Notes under the pieces: generated by a model
The model's database searches: none
The model's input: the letters and a program-made list of their open reading frames with translations, nothing else
Told to the model about the DNA's origin: nothing
Program-made: the position numbers and the translations under genes
Assembly: GCA_041665025.1 (NCBI GenBank)
Contig: JBAYJP010000001.1
Coordinates: 110,555-174,554, forward strand
Source of the DNA: Candidatus Magasanikiibacteriota bacterium
GTDB taxonomy: Bacteria; Patescibacteriota; Patescibacteriia; Magasanikbacterales; UBA922
Length of the DNA stretch: 64,000 nt
Direction: 5' to 3'
In this document: positions 19,677-30,420 of the stretch, one piece after another
Numbering within the stretch: the stretch's first letter is position 1
How the letters are laid out: each line of letters starts with the position of its first letter

Positions 19677-20075
19677 ATGGAATCCTCTACCTGGGAAAAC
19701 ATGGCCGCTGGACCGGTTATAATTGAGAATGGAAAAATTTTGCTCGATCGCGAGATGAAAGACAACGCCATAACGCCTTGGTTTTTCCCAGGAGGAGGCG
19801 CTGAAGAAAGAGATTTGAATCCGGAAGAAACATGTAAAAGAGAAGCACGTGAGGAATTGAGTATTGAAATAGAAATAATTAGACAATTAAAAACTATAAA
19901 AACAGTACATAAAAACAAAGAAATTATACTCAAACATTTCCTAGCAAAACGAACTGGAGAAATAAAGCCAGGTCTAGATATTGCTGACTGGGGATGGTTT
20001 GATATCAATAATTTGCCGGAAAATTGTGCTCAAAATGTCTTGGAAATAATCAATGACATCAAAAAAGAAATATGA
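19677..20075 (+). CDS. NUDIX hydrolase
   Basis: Nudix box GGGAEERDLNPEETCKREAREELSIEI (GX5EX7REUXEEXGU). Confidence 0.8.
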   Translation: MESSTWENMAAGPVIIENGKILLDREMKDNAITPWFFPGGGAEERDLNPEETCKREAREELSIEIEIIRQLKTIKTVHKNKEIILKHFLAKRTGEIKPGLDIADWGWFDINNLPENCAQNVLEIINDIKKEI

Positions 20076-20096
20076 TTTTTGAATCTTTGGAATTTA

Positions 20097-20214
20097 AATA
20101 GAACACGGATTGAACTAATTTAACGAATCAAAACGAATTCGTTCAAATTAGTTAGATTAGTTAGATTAGTTAGATTAGTTAGATTAGTTAGATTCGTTTT
20201 ATTCGTGTTCTATT
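20097..20214. repeat. family A palindromic element containing 6 tandem copies of ttagattag
   Basis: aatagaacacggattgaac...gaacgaattcgttcaaatt + (ttagattag)x6 + attcgtgttctatt. Intergenic between the NUDIX gene and glyA. Confidence 0.65.
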
Positions 20215-20229
20215 TTTTAATTTAAAAAT

Positions 20230-21480
20230 ATGAATAAAATTAAATTATCACAATACGATCCAGCTACCCAACAAGCAATACAAAAAGAACTCAATCGCCA
20301 AGAACAAGGTCTTGAGATGATTCCATCTGAAAACTTCGTCTCAATCGCCGTACTCGAAGCGCTTGGATCTGTTTTGACAAACAAATATTCTGAAGGGTAT
20401 GTAGGCAAACGATATTATGGCGGTTGCGAATTTATAGATGAAGTGGAACAACTTGCGATTGACAGAGCAAAACAATTATTTGGCGCGGAACATGTAAATG
20501 TTCAACCACTGTCTGGCGCCCCTGCTAATATTGCAGTGTATTTTGCCTTGCTTGAACCTGGTGACACAATACTCGGAATGGATTTGTCTCATGGCGGACA
20601 CCTTACACACGGGCACCCTGTCACCTACATGACAAAAATATTTAACTTTGTCAGATACAAAACTGATACACAAGGAAAAATAGATTTGGATAATTTGCGC
20701 GAAATGGCGCAGACACACAAGCCAAAGGTTATTCTAGTTGGATACAGCGCGTACTCGCGTGAAATTGAATATGAAAAAATAAAAGCTATTGCAGACGAAG
20801 TTGGCGCAATCACTATGGCAGATATTGCTCACATTGCCGGCCTTATTGCTGCTGGCGAGATGAACAATCCGGTGCCCATTTTTGATGTCGTAACAACTAC
20901 GACGCACAAAACATTGCGAGGTCCTCGCGGCGGTATGATTATGTGCAAAGAAAAATTTGCAAAACAAATTGACAAAGCAGTTTTCCCTGGATTTCAAGGG
21001 GGACCACATGAAAATAATATTGCAGGAAAAGCAATTGCCTTCAAAGAAGCGTTGGAACCTTCTTTCAAAGAATATGCTCAGCAAATAAAAAAGAACGCAA
21101 AAGTATTGGAGAAAAAATTCAATGATTTCGGGTACAAGCTCATGTTTGGGGGAACAGATAATCATTTGCTACTTGTTGATGTATTTGCTTCAAAAGGAGT
21201 GACGGGCAAACATGCCCAAGAAGCTCTAGACAAAGCAGGTATTACAGTAAACAAAAATATGATCCCTGATGATCCGCGAAGTCCTATGGATCCATCAGGT
21301 ATTCGCTTTGGTACACCAGCCCTGACTACGCGCGGAATGAAAGAAGCTGAGATGGAATTGGTTGCAGACTGGATGAACGAGGCAATTATACATTGGGAAG
21401 ATGATGCCAAGCTGACAGAAATTAAACAACGAGTCATAGAATTAACTGCAAAATTTCCTTTATACCCTGAATTACAATAG
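20230..21480 (+). CDS. glyA: serine hydroxymethyltransferase
   Basis: Full-length SHMT: [25 protein letters not shown], the PLP site [14 protein letters not shown] and HLLLVD. Confidence 0.95.
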   Translation: MNKIKLSQYDPATQQAIQKELNRQEQGLEMIPSENFVSIAVLEALGSVLTNKYSEGYVGKRYYGGCEFIDEVEQLAIDRAKQLFGAEHVNVQPLSGAPANIAVYFALLEPGDTILGMDLSHGGHLTHGHPVTYMTKIFNFVRYKTDTQGKIDLDNLREMAQTHKPKVILVGYSAYSREIEYEKIKAIADEVGAITMADIAHIAGLIAAGEMNNPVPIFDVVTTTTHKTLRGPRGGMIMCKEKFAKQIDKAVFPGFQGGPHENNIAGKAIAFKEALEPSFKEYAQQIKKNAKVLEKKFNDFGYKLMFGGTDNHLLLVDVFASKGVTGKHAQEALDKAGITVNKNMIPDDPRSPMDPSGIRFGTPALTTRGMKEAEMELVADWMNEAIIHWEDDAKLTEIKQRVIELTAKFPLYPELQ

Positions 21481-21558
21481 AACGCGAATCTAACGAATTG
21501 AACGAATCGAAACAAATTCGTTCAAATTCGTTAAATTAGTTCAATCCGTGTTCCATTA
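21477..21558. repeat. family A palindromic intergenic element
   Basis: aatagaacgcgaatctaacgaattgaacgaatcgaaacaaattcgttcaaattcgttaaattagttcaatccgtgttccatt. Confidence 0.6.
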
Positions 21559-21561
21559 TTT

Positions 21562-21996
21562 ATGCAAAAAATAAATTCTACACCAGAAATGATAAACTTT
21601 GGTAAAGAAATCGCCTCTAAACTCAAAGGTGGTGATATTGTATTACTCCATGGAGATCTCGGAGCAGGAAAAACTACCCTGACGAAAGGGATTGCCATGG
21701 GATTGGGTATTACAGATGATATTGTTAGTCCGACATTTACGTTGATGCAAGAGTATAAGATTGAAGATTCAAGATTTAAGATTAAAAGATTACTTCATGT
21801 TGATACATACAGACTGGAAAACGAGGAGCAGCTGATTGAAATCGGTGTGGAAGATTATTTGGGAGATAAAGAGACGGTGTGCGTGATAGAGTGGCCGGAG
21901 AAAATAAAAAGGTTATTGAAGAATAAAAAAGTGCACAATATAATAATTGAACACAACAACATACAGGGGAGAAAAATCATATATGAAAAAAAATAA
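21562..21996 (+). CDS. tsaE: tRNA t6A37 threonylcarbamoyladenosine biosynthesis protein TsaE
   Basis: GDIVLLHGDLGAGKTTLTKGIAMGLGI...VSPTFTLMQEY. Contains an in-frame family E repeat (21757-21795) encoding DSRFKIKRLLHVD. Confidence 0.85.
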   Translation: MQKINSTPEMINFGKEIASKLKGGDIVLLHGDLGAGKTTLTKGIAMGLGITDDIVSPTFTLMQEYKIEDSRFKIKRLLHVDTYRLENEEQLIEIGVEDYLGDKETVCVIEWPEKIKRLLKNKKVHNIIIEHNNIQGRKIIYEKK

Positions 21997-22690
21997 AAAA
22001 ATTAATATGAATCTATTTATCACAATTTTGGGTGTTCTTGGGCTTTCAGTATTGGGTATTTTAGGGTGGGGTTACAAAAAAATTGATTTAAAATATAGAC
22101 CTCTAAAAATAAACCAGAAAGAAATTTCTAATAATTTTTCTTATCCAATAAAAGAAATAATATCAATTACTAATGCTAGAGATGAAAACTTGTATGACAT
22201 TGGTTTGAGGATTGACATAAATAATCAACAAAAGCTAACAATAAAAAAACAGGACGACTTTGATATAAATATCAGCGAAAAAATGGGAGATACCTTTATA
22301 AATAAGGATATCAAAACAGTAGATATATATTATAATAAAGAGACGAACGATAAGCATTTCTATATCATTAAACTATATAAGATCGAGAAGAAACAAGAAT
22401 TGGAAATTGTTATACCACCAGAAACTAAAATAAAAATTCGAGTTAAGGAGTTTGATATTAAACCAAACGATATAGCATACCCGTCGTTTGGAAGTATGAA
22501 AGGTATACAATTAGGACTTACTAATTTTGACACCTATTTTTCCAGACAAGAAAAAAATACCAGGGAACAAATCAGTTCAATAATTTTTACAATGTATATC
22601 AACCAGAGACCTGTCGAATCACCTCCAATTACTTTCAAAGGTTATACGTCAAAAAAAACTATAGTCAATCCAATTTTACTTCAGCAATAA
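21983..22690 (+). CDS. hypothetical N-terminally membrane-anchored Lys/Asn-rich protein
   Basis: The start is placed at the internal MKKNKKINMNLF to avoid a 50-nt overlap with tsaE. One TM, then an AT-rich coding region. Confidence 0.45.
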   Translation: MKKNKKINMNLFITILGVLGLSVLGILGWGYKKIDLKYRPLKINQKEISNNFSYPIKEIISITNARDENLYDIGLRIDINNQQKLTIKKQDDFDINISEKMGDTFINKDIKTVDIYYNKETNDKHFYIIKLYKIEKKQELEIVIPPETKIKIRVKEFDIKPNDIAYPSFGSMKGIQLGLTNFDTYFSRQEKNTREQISSIIFTMYINQRPVESPPITFKGYTSKKTIVNPILLQQ

Positions 22691-22749
22691 ATACGAATCA
22701 AAAATCTAGTAGAATACAATTTTATATTTAAAACCAAAAATAATTTTTA

Positions 22750-23301
22750 TCATTTGGACGAATACTTACATCCACAATAACTTTGTCTATATATATTTCT
22801 TTCTTCAACCAAACGCCTCCCCTTTTCTTGCCTTCCACCTTTCTTCCAATCAACATCATAAAACTTCAAGCCATACTTTTCAGCTAGCTTTAAACCAATC
22901 GGATGAATAACATCTGATTTTTTATTTCGTCCGCTCGTTAAACTCGTCCCAAAAATATCAAAATCATGTTCTTTTGCATATTGAGCCGTTCGATTCAATC
23001 GTAATGTAAAACACTGAATGCATCGAGCTCCGCCTTCTAGTTCTTTTTCGAGACCAGTAACTTTTTCGTGCCATTTATCTTGCTCATAGTCCATATCCAC
23101 CATGGGCACGTTCCACTCTTCACACACACGAACCACTTCTTTTTTTCGTTTGAGATATTCTTCTTCGGGGTGAATATTTGGATTATAAAAAAAGACAGTC
23201 AAATCGTATTTGCTTTTAAGTTCATCGACAATGGCGATACTACATGGCGCACAGCAGGTATGGAGTAAAAACTTTTGCTTTTGCATAAAATAATAGAACA
23301 C
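22750..23301 (-). CDS. queH: epoxyqueuosine reductase QueH (DUF208)
   Basis: LLHTCCAPCS, a second Cys cluster RCIQCF and a C-terminal YCGCKYS. About 175 aa. Confidence 0.8.
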   Translation of the reverse strand: MFYYFMQKQKFLLHTCCAPCSIAIVDELKSKYDLTVFFYNPNIHPEEEYLKRKKEVVRVCEEWNVPMVDMDYEQDKWHEKVTGLEKELEGGARCIQCFTLRLNRTAQYAKEHDFDIFGTSLTSGRNKKSDVIHPIGLKLAEKYGLKFYDVDWKKGGRQEKGRRLVEERNIYRQSYCGCKYSSK

Positions 23302-23373
23302 GGATTGAACTAATTTAACGAATTTGAACGAATTCGTTTCTATTAGTTTTATTCGTTAAATTCGTGTTCTATT
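23292..23373. repeat. family A palindromic intergenic element
   Basis: aatagaacacggattgaactaatttaacgaatttgaacgaattcgtttctattagttttattcgttaaattcgtgttctatt. Confidence 0.6.
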
Positions 23374-23378
23374 TTACT

Positions 23379-24608
23379 TTACTTAAAATAATCTTTATTC
23401 TTCAACTCTCGCGGCAAATAATCCTGCTTTGCCTCTTCACCTTTGAAGTCTGGTGTATATTTATAATCTTTACCATACCCAATATCTTTCATAAACCTCG
23501 TCGGTGCATTGCGTAAATGTAATGGGACACCCAAATGAGATGTAGCTTTTGCATCTTCTGCAGCTTTTTGATATGCCGTATACAACAAATTAGATTTCTT
23601 CGACTTGGCGCAATATACCACAGCTTGCGCGAGATGAACAGAGCATTCAGGCATCCCAATCTTATGGCAGGCATCATACGCGGCATTTGCCTGTATCATA
23701 GCTTCACTATTTGCCATACCAATATCTTCACTCGCAAAACGAAGTACCCGACGAGCAACATACAAGGGATCCGCTCCGCCCTCAAGCATCCGTGCGAGCC
23801 AATACAATGCCGCGTTTGCATCTGACCCTCTCATTGATTTGTGCAAAGCTGAAATAAGATTATAAAATTCTTCTCCTTTTTTATCAAATATCAGATGGGT
23901 TCGTTGCAGGGCTTCTTTGACATCCTCTTTGTTTATTTCAATCTTGTTCCCTGCTCCCTCCTTATTCCCTGTTTTAAACGCTAATTCTATCCCATTCAAC
24001 GCCACTCTCGCATCTCCTCCAGCTAATTCTGACAAAAATTCAATAGTCTCTTTCTCAATCTTCACTTCATATTCGCCCAGTCCCCTTTCTTTATCTTGAA
24101 GAGCTTGTTGTATTATTTTTACAATATCATGTTCTTCTAATCTTTTTAAAATAAATACTCGAGAACGTGATAACAATGGTCCAATAATTTCAAACGAAGG
24201 ATTTTCTGTTGTCGCACCGATTAATACAATTCTACCCTTCTCAACATATGGCAACAAGGCGTCTTGTTGTGCTTTATTCCACCTATGAATTTCATCTATA
24301 AACAAAATCGTACGCTTTTGTTCGTACTTCACACGTTCTTCTGCCCGTTTTATGACCTTTCTCAAGTCATCTTTACCACTTTCAACACCACTCAAAATTT
24401 CAAAATACGACTCAGTTTGCTGCGCAATTAAATTCGCCAAACTTGTCTTGCCAACACCCGGGGGACCCCAGAGCATTATAGAAGAAAGTTCATCATGCTC
24501 AATGAGCTTACGCAACAACTTGCCTTTGCCCACAATTTCCTGTTGCCCTACAAATTCATCAAAATTACGCGGGCGCATGCGGTCTGCCAATGGTTGCTGT
24601 TTTTCCAT
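23379..24608 (-). CDS. rarA: replication-associated recombination protein A (AAA+ ATPase RarA/MgsA)
   Basis: Collinear RarA architecture with GPPGVGKTSLANLIA and a FIDEIHRWNK Walker B. It carries an in-frame family H repeat (TGNKEGAGNK). Confidence 0.9.
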   Translation of the reverse strand: MEKQQPLADRMRPRNFDEFVGQQEIVGKGKLLRKLIEHDELSSIMLWGPPGVGKTSLANLIAQQTESYFEILSGVESGKDDLRKVIKRAEERVKYEQKRTILFIDEIHRWNKAQQDALLPYVEKGRIVLIGATTENPSFEIIGPLLSRSRVFILKRLEEHDIVKIIQQALQDKERGLGEYEVKIEKETIEFLSELAGGDARVALNGIELAFKTGNKEGAGNKIEINKEDVKEALQRTHLIFDKKGEEFYNLISALHKSMRGSDANAALYWLARMLEGGADPLYVARRVLRFASEDIGMANSEAMIQANAAYDACHKIGMPECSVHLAQAVVYCAKSKKSNLLYTAYQKAAEDAKATSHLGVPLHLRNAPTRFMKDIGYGKDYKYTPDFKGEEAKQDYLPRELKNKDYFK

Positions 24609-24616
24609 ATATACTA

Positions 24617-25714
24617 TTAGTCAGAATCTTTGAACCACAATTTATATAATCTAAACGCCACTCGTTCAAACATACGCGTAAAAAAACTACGCTCTTTCCA
24701 TTTGACTTCTTCGAGAGTATAGGAATTATCCATCCAACGCTTCAATATGCGTTGAAGCTTGCCCACAATTTTTTTATCATGAGTTTTTATATTTACTTCA
24801 TAATTATGGTAAAAACTTGTGAATTCAATATTACTGCTTCCTATCATCGCCCAATCATCATCAACCACAATACCTTTACCATGGGACATCTTTTTTAATA
24901 AATGTATGCGTACACCTAATTTTTCTATAATCGAAAACCACGCATGCGCGGCATATTGCATAAACCGTAAATCACCGCGATATGGGATAAGCAGATCAAC
25001 TTTTACCCCACGTTTGCGCGCCTGCCACAAGGCATGAACAAATTCTTTTCCTGGGAAATAGTAGGGGGAAAATAGAATAATGCGTTCACGGGCTTTCATA
25101 AAGGCCTCTATATAACGCTCACGGACCCGAGAATATTTTTTTTCTGTTGGTTTATCATACACAAAATCCAACAATGCATGTTTCACACGATGTCTATACC
25201 TTAGCAGATGTTCAACTGACGCACGCTCACCTCCAGACTGAATATATAATTTCGCAAAAGATCGTAAAAGCGACCGTACAATTTTCCCGCGCAATTGCAT
25301 ATGAATATCATTCCAATCTTTCATATGATGCTGGACATTCACGCCCCCAACAAAACCAATCTGCCCATCAACAACCAAAATTTTACGATGCGTACCGCCC
25401 ATAAGCCATTGCCGTACTCCATAAAAAGGATGTTTAAACGGCCTAAATATGCGTATATCCACATGAGACTGTGCAAGTTGAGCAATCATTTTCCGTGATA
25501 GACTAAAACTTCCCCAATAATCTAGTACGATTTTCACATCCACGCCTTGCAATGCTTTCTGTTTGAGTAAATCAAAAAATGGCGTACCAGAAGAGTCATC
25601 AACCAATACAAAAACTTCCCAATAAATTGAACTCTGAGCATGCGCAATAGCTTCATACATCGCCTGCCATGCTTGCGATGTCGTATCATATATATTGTAT
25701 GCGGATGTCTTCAT
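24617..25714 (-). CDS. phospholipase D-family protein (cardiolipin synthase-like, two HKD motifs)
   Basis: HRKILVVDGQIGFVGGVNV and HGKGIVVDDDWAMIGSSNIE. Confidence 0.75.
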   Translation of the reverse strand: MKTSAYNIYDTTSQAWQAMYEAIAHAQSSIYWEVFVLVDDSSGTPFFDLLKQKALQGVDVKIVLDYWGSFSLSRKMIAQLAQSHVDIRIFRPFKHPFYGVRQWLMGGTHRKILVVDGQIGFVGGVNVQHHMKDWNDIHMQLRGKIVRSLLRSFAKLYIQSGGERASVEHLLRYRHRVKHALLDFVYDKPTEKKYSRVRERYIEAFMKARERIILFSPYYFPGKEFVHALWQARKRGVKVDLLIPYRGDLRFMQYAAHAWFSIIEKLGVRIHLLKKMSHGKGIVVDDDWAMIGSSNIEFTSFYHNYEVNIKTHDKKIVGKLQRILKRWMDNSYTLEEVKWKERSFFTRMFERVAFRLYKLWFKDSD

Positions 25715-25848
25715 ACATTCTTAATGTACCATAAATAGAGTTTTTTTCAAGTATGGTATACATACTAGAAAAAATTCTTACCTTCAATCCTTTACAAGTC
25801 TCTCTCTATTAACTATAATTTCTGCAACCCGCATACCGCGGGCAGGAG

Positions 25849-26100
25849 GTGAAACCCACCATGAACGGGAGGTGGTGGGAACAATTCCCGTGGGAGGTGT
25901 TTTTCCTCTTCGCCATCCTGGCGGTTCCGTGTCTGGCGGATGCTTTTAGTTCGCCAAACCCCGCCGAGATGGTAAAACTCCCTCCGTTGTTCGTCGGCCT
26001 TGAGTGCTTGGCTGGCGGACTTCTCATATCGCTTCTGCATGTACGCGACGAACGCCGCGATAGAAAGAAGCGGTACCTGCAGCAGAGCCAGGGCTGCTAA
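25849..26100 (+). CDS. small hydrophobic protein on GC-rich mini-island A
   Basis: GGAGG SD 9-11 nt upstream of the ATG. About 60% GC in an AT-rich genome. Followed by the hairpin terminator aacgccc...gggcgttttttt (26130-26165). The opposite-strand ORF starts with GTG inside the terminator and is rejected. Confidence 0.45.
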   Translation: MKPTMNGRWWEQFPWEVFFLFAILAVPCLADAFSSPNPAEMVKLPPLFVGLECLAGGLLISLLHVRDERRDRKKRYLQQSQGC

Positions 26101-26215
26101 CTCCTCGAACCCTGGCTTGATTCCTAAATAAAACGCCCACACAAAAGTTGCGGGCGTTTTTTTATTTACTATAATAGCAAAAACTAGAAAACAGCTAATT
26201 TAAGTGCTCGAATGA

Positions 26216-27853
26216 TTAGTGTTTCAGCGCTACTTTTATAAATTCTCTAAACAGCGGATGTGGTCGCATGGGACGTGATTTGAACTCGGGATGAAATTGA
26301 CTGCCCACAAAAAAAGGATGATCTTTTAATTCTACAATTTCAACTAAATTTGATTCTGGATTCACACCAACTACATGCAGGCCTGCTTTTTCCATTTCAT
26401 CGCGATAATCATTATTGAACTCATATCTATGGCGATGGCGTTCTGAAATTTTTTCTATCCCATACGCTTTGCCAGCCTTAGTTCCTTTTTTTAGTACGCA
26501 ATCATATGCACCGAGACGCATGGTACCACCATACCTATTTTCGCGCACATTTTGCGCCTGATGAGGATTGATATGAATGACAGGATTTTTTGTATCTGGA
26601 CTAATTTCAACCGTATGCGCGTCTTTTTTCCCCAGCACATTTCTGACAAATTCAATGGTGGCCAACTGCATACCATAGCAAAGCCCCAAATAAGGCTTTT
26701 TGTGTTCGCGGGCAAACGTAACAGCTTTGATAATCCCTTCCACACCGCGCGACCCAAATCCTCCAGGGACAATAATACCATCATACCCCGCAAGCATAGA
26801 GACTTTTTTGGAATCCTTTTCAAACTCTTCTGAGTCAATCCAATCAAGTGCAGGCTTTACATGATGAAACCAGCTTGCGTGTTTTATCGCTTCAATAACT
26901 GAGATATACGAATCAGACAATGTGAACGTGCCGGTTCCAAAATATTTTCCCACAACAGCAATTTTAACCTCTTTGGTACTTGTTTTGATCGTATGGACAA
27001 ATGTATTCCACGGAGTTAAGTCTGTTTTGCGTGGTCGTGTATGGAGCACTTTGAGTACTTTATTTCCGATTTGCTGTTCTTCCAGGCGAATAGGAATTTC
27101 ATAAATTGAAGGCACATCTGGAGCTGAGATACAATTTTCTTTTCTGACCCCACAAAACACGGCAAGCTTTTCACGGCGAGGTTTGTCTAATTCAAAAGGC
27201 CCGCGTGCGACGATAATGTCTGCTTGAATTCCTGCTGTATTCAATGTGCGTGCCGCATGCTGTGTTGGTTTGGTCTTCATCTCACCCAAATGAGAAGGTA
27301 CAGGCATATAGCTCACAAGAATAAAAGCTACATCATCTGGACGATTCATCTTCATCATGCGAGCCGCTTCGAGAAAAAGTAAATTTTGATATTCACCAAG
27401 CGTACCACCAACTTCAATAATCGTGACATCAGCATTTTTCTTTTCAGCTGCGGCAGTAATTCTCCTAATCACTTCCTCGGGAATATGAGGTACAACCTCC
27501 ACACAACGTCCTTTGTATTTCATGGCACGTTCATTTTCAATGACTGTCAGGTATACACGTCCCGTCGTCATGTAATTTTCTGAATTCAAATCAGTATCCA
27601 AAAAACGCTCATAATTGCCCATGTCCTGGTCTGTCTCGTCTCCATCATTTGTCACAAAAACCTCTCCGTGCTCTACCGGATTCATGGTTCCTGCATCAAC
27701 ATTGATATACGGGTCAATTTTAAGCGCAGTAACACTAAATCCTTTTGCCTCAAGTATAGCTCCGAGAGAAGCAGACGTTACTCCTTTTCCAACTCCGCTC
27801 AAAACCCCTCCTACGACAAAGACGTATTTACGTTTTTTAGTTTTTGCTACCAT
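26216..27853 (-). CDS. pyrG: CTP synthase
   Basis: YVFVVGGVLSGVGKG at the N-terminus and a glutaminase domain with GLCYGMQ. The start is set at MVAKTKKRKY; the 15-aa upstream extension in the ORF track is unlikely to be translated. Confidence 0.95.
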   Translation of the reverse strand: MVAKTKKRKYVFVVGGVLSGVGKGVTSASLGAILEAKGFSVTALKIDPYINVDAGTMNPVEHGEVFVTNDGDETDQDMGNYERFLDTDLNSENYMTTGRVYLTVIENERAMKYKGRCVEVVPHIPEEVIRRITAAAEKKNADVTIIEVGGTLGEYQNLLFLEAARMMKMNRPDDVAFILVSYMPVPSHLGEMKTKPTQHAARTLNTAGIQADIIVARGPFELDKPRREKLAVFCGVRKENCISAPDVPSIYEIPIRLEEQQIGNKVLKVLHTRPRKTDLTPWNTFVHTIKTSTKEVKIAVVGKYFGTGTFTLSDSYISVIEAIKHASWFHHVKPALDWIDSEEFEKDSKKVSMLAGYDGIIVPGGFGSRGVEGIIKAVTFAREHKKPYLGLCYGMQLATIEFVRNVLGKKDAHTVEISPDTKNPVIHINPHQAQNVRENRYGGTMRLGAYDCVLKKGTKAGKAYGIEKISERHRHRYEFNNDYRDEMEKAGLHVVGVNPESNLVEIVELKDHPFFVGSQFHPEFKSRPMRPHPLFREFIKVALKH

Positions 27854-27939
27854 AACTAAAATTATTAAGAAACAAATTCCAGCAACAGTATACCACAAAC
27901 CAACATAAATAAAAATCCCTCCGGAGGTGGAGGGACTAT

Positions 27940-28386
27940 TTATTCTTCGTAGACACTGACGCGGAGCTCTGCCTCAAGCCCGTGATTGAACCGCACAACT
28001 GCTCGATGTTCTCCGAGTTCTTTAATTGAATGTGGAATAAAAATTTGGACAGGCTTTATTGCCACGCCATATTGTTTTTTTATTACTTCAACAAGTTTAG
28101 AACCATTTACGCTTGCATACAACTTTCCTTCGCTATTTATTTTACCAAAAACCTCTAGTTCAGCCCCATCGAGCTTACCAGCAGTTTTCTGCTGTTCTTT
28201 GAGCTCTTGCTCAGCCAGCTTTGTCTTCTTTTTTTCCTGAGCCTCAAGCTGAACTACCACATCAGTCGTCATAATTTTGGCCAATTTTTTTGCCAATAAA
28301 AAATTTCGAGCATATCCTTCTGCTACTTCTTTTATATCCCCCTTTTTGCCTGTTCCCGATACATCTTGTAAAAGTATTACTTTCAT
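27940..28386 (-). CDS. rplI: 50S ribosomal protein L9
   Basis: [30 protein letters not shown] is a classic L9 N-domain. A hairpin terminator lies at about 27912-27945. Confidence 0.9.
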   Translation of the reverse strand: MKVILLQDVSGTGKKGDIKEVAEGYARNFLLAKKLAKIMTTDVVVQLEAQEKKKTKLAEQELKEQQKTAGKLDGAELEVFGKINSEGKLYASVNGSKLVEVIKKQYGVAIKPVQIFIPHSIKELGEHRAVVRFNHGLEAELRVSVYEE

Positions 28387-28518
28387 ACTCTATATATAAT
28401 AGAACAACCTTGAATTTTACGCAAGTACATGGTATTATCTCACTATTAGGCAAGGAAACCAGATACTAGAATGTGAAAGTCTATTCCGGTTTCCAGTTTC
28501 TTAATCCAATATCCCACT

Positions 28519-29367
28519 ATGAAATCTGGTTTTGCAATACTCGTAGGACGTTCAAATGTCGGAAAATCTACTCTTCTCAATACCCTGGTAGGAACCAAAA
28601 TTGCTGCCACGTCTTTTCGCGCACAAATGACGCGAGATATTATTCACGGTGTTGTCAACATGCCCGAAGGCCAGATTGTGTTTATGGACACACCCGGAAT
28701 ACTGAAAGAAAAACACAGTAGTCTGACAGGAAAATTGATTGAAAAAGCAAAAGATGCTCTTCAAGGTGTGGACGTTATCTTGTATGTAGTAGACCCAAGT
28801 CGTGAAATTGGAGATGAAGAAAAATTTACCTATGGTCTTATTCGCCATATTGAAGTACCAAAAATTTTGGTAATAAATAAAAGTGATTTGTCTCAATCTG
28901 AACGCAGACATCAGCAAGAATATGAACGATGGGGTTCTGATTTTAATGCCGTGTTTGCACTTTCTGCCCTTCGCGCAAGCCATATCCAACCACTCAAAGA
29001 AAAAGTTCTTGAACTTCTACCAGAAGGACAGCCTATGTATGATGGTGCTCAGCTTACAAATGTCCACGAATATTTTTGGGTAGGAGAATTGATACGTGAA
29101 AAAATATTTTCAGTATTTGATAAAGAAGTCCCCTATTCTATGACAGTGGAAGTTCAGAGCATAGAAGAAAAAAAAGATATGTTCGTTATTACCGCGCACA
29201 TACTTACTAATCAGGAACGATACAAAAAATTAATTATTGGCAAAGGTGGAAGCAAAATAAAAGAAATTGGTGTGATGGCCCGACGTGAATTGGAACAATC
29301 ACTTAATAAAAAAGTGTTTTTGGAATTAGAAGTTGAAGTTGATGGACATTGGATTGAGAGGGTTTAA
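28519..29367 (+). CDS. era: GTPase Era
   Basis: G1 GRSNVGKST, G3 DTPG, G4 NKSD and a C-terminal KH domain. Confidence 0.9.
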   Translation: MKSGFAILVGRSNVGKSTLLNTLVGTKIAATSFRAQMTRDIIHGVVNMPEGQIVFMDTPGILKEKHSSLTGKLIEKAKDALQGVDVILYVVDPSREIGDEEKFTYGLIRHIEVPKILVINKSDLSQSERRHQQEYERWGSDFNAVFALSALRASHIQPLKEKVLELLPEGQPMYDGAQLTNVHEYFWVGELIREKIFSVFDKEVPYSMTVEVQSIEEKKDMFVITAHILTNQERYKKLIIGKGGSKIKEIGVMARRELEQSLNKKVFLELEVEVDGHWIERV

Positions 29368-29376
29368 TAACAATAT

Positions 29377-29895
29377 ATGCCCGAACTAATAACCGAAGTA
29401 GACAGAAGTGACGGTGAAATTGGTGCTCGCCCGAAGACAGATTTTTTTACCAACCACGAGCTCATTTGCCGTACATCCCACCTATATCTGTTCAATTCAA
29501 AACGGCAACTCCTCATGCAATTGCGTGCCAAAAATAGAAAAAATTACCCAAATCAATATGATGCATCAGTATCGGGGACCGTGCGTGCAGGAGAAACATA
29601 CAACCAAGCGCTTGAACGAGAGATGAAAGAAGAATTAGGTATTTGCATACCTGCAACTATGTTTATAAAAGGATTTTATGAAGATGACATACACCGTTCG
29701 CACAAAATGTGCTTCTGGGGTATGTATGATGGTCCGATAGAAATCCAAAAATCTGAAATCGCTCAAATACTGTGGATCGACAGAACTGAACTCAAGAAAA
29801 AAATGGCAGAAGAAAAAGATAAATTTTGCCCTCCATTTTTAGAGGAACTGCATGAGATAATCCAAAAAAATTATTTAATAGAAGTATTTACATAA
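29377..29895 (+). CDS. NUDIX hydrolase
   Basis: Nudix box GTVRAGETYNQALEREMKEELGI, followed by a strong hairpin terminator at 29896-29928. Confidence 0.7.
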   Translation: MPELITEVDRSDGEIGARPKTDFFTNHELICRTSHLYLFNSKRQLLMQLRAKNRKNYPNQYDASVSGTVRAGETYNQALEREMKEELGICIPATMFIKGFYEDDIHRSHKMCFWGMYDGPIEIQKSEIAQILWIDRTELKKKMAEEKDKFCPPFLEELHEIIQKNYLIEVFT

Positions 29896-29932
29896 ATTCC
29901 CCCGAGTGCCGAGGGAATTTTTATTTTGTTTA

Positions 29933-30283
29933 TTATGTTAGATTGAGCATTTCTTTTATCATTTCCACATCTCTTTTTATTTTTTCAATAAGCTCGCCTG
30001 TATTGTCAAATCGCTCCAATTCACTTACTTTTTGTTTCAAATCAACATCTATATGCTTGTCGTACAAATCTTCCCCTATATAATCGATTAAATATACCTC
30101 TACTTTCCAAGGCTGTTCTCGAATAGCGACAGCTGCTTTATACCTCGTGCGGTCAACAAAAGCAAAGCCGGCATACACGCCACTCCCCCATACCACATGT
30201 TGCTTTTTACAATCAATATTAGCAGTAGGATAACCATACTGTTTTCCTAGACCATCGCCATGTACGACTTTGCCTCCGAACAT
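29933..30283 (-). CDS. riboflavin kinase domain protein (RibF C-terminal-like, stand-alone)
   Basis: GKVVHGDGLGKQYGYPTANI matches the riboflavin kinase G.V..G...G..LG.PTAN motif. 116 aa with no FAD synthetase domain. Confidence 0.65.
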   Translation of the reverse strand: MFGGKVVHGDGLGKQYGYPTANIDCKKQHVVWGSGVYAGFAFVDRTRYKAAVAIREQPWKVEVYLIDYIGEDLYDKHIDVDLKQKVSELERFDNTGELIEKIKRDVEMIKEMLNLT

Positions 30284-30286
30284 ACG

Positions 30287-30420
30287 AATAAAAGATTAAA
30301 AGATTCCGTCTTCGCCCCGAATACCAGGGGCTACGCCGGATAAATTCCAGATTAGAAGATTAATAAAATTTTCTTTCAATTTCTTTATTTCTAGTTTCTA
30401 ATTTCCAGTTTCTTTTAATA
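30287..30420. repeat. family E repeat element (aaagattaaaagatt ... attagaagatt ... tttctagtttctaatttccagtttc) with a GC-rich central hairpin
   Basis: Intergenic. Its 3' end supplies the last codons of ctpA. Confidence 0.55.

Noticed and set aside
20149-20200. CRISPR array (short direct repeats)
   Set aside because: Units are 9 nt with no spacers. Other tandem repeats here are likewise far too short and there are no cas genes.
25813-26142. Minus-strand 109-aa ORF on GC island A
   Set aside because: It would start with GTG inside the terminator hairpin and has no SD. The plus-strand ORF with GGAGG and a downstream terminator is preferred.
27854-27898. N-terminal extensions in the ORF track for pyrG, and similarly for the ABC ATPase and permease, DnaB, the DUF559 gene, the 50563 membrane protein and the tandem-NUDIX gene
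   Set aside because: Extensions are hydrophobic or low-complexity, overlap upstream genes or structured repeats, and are absent from the conserved family N-termini. Internal Met starts were chosen.
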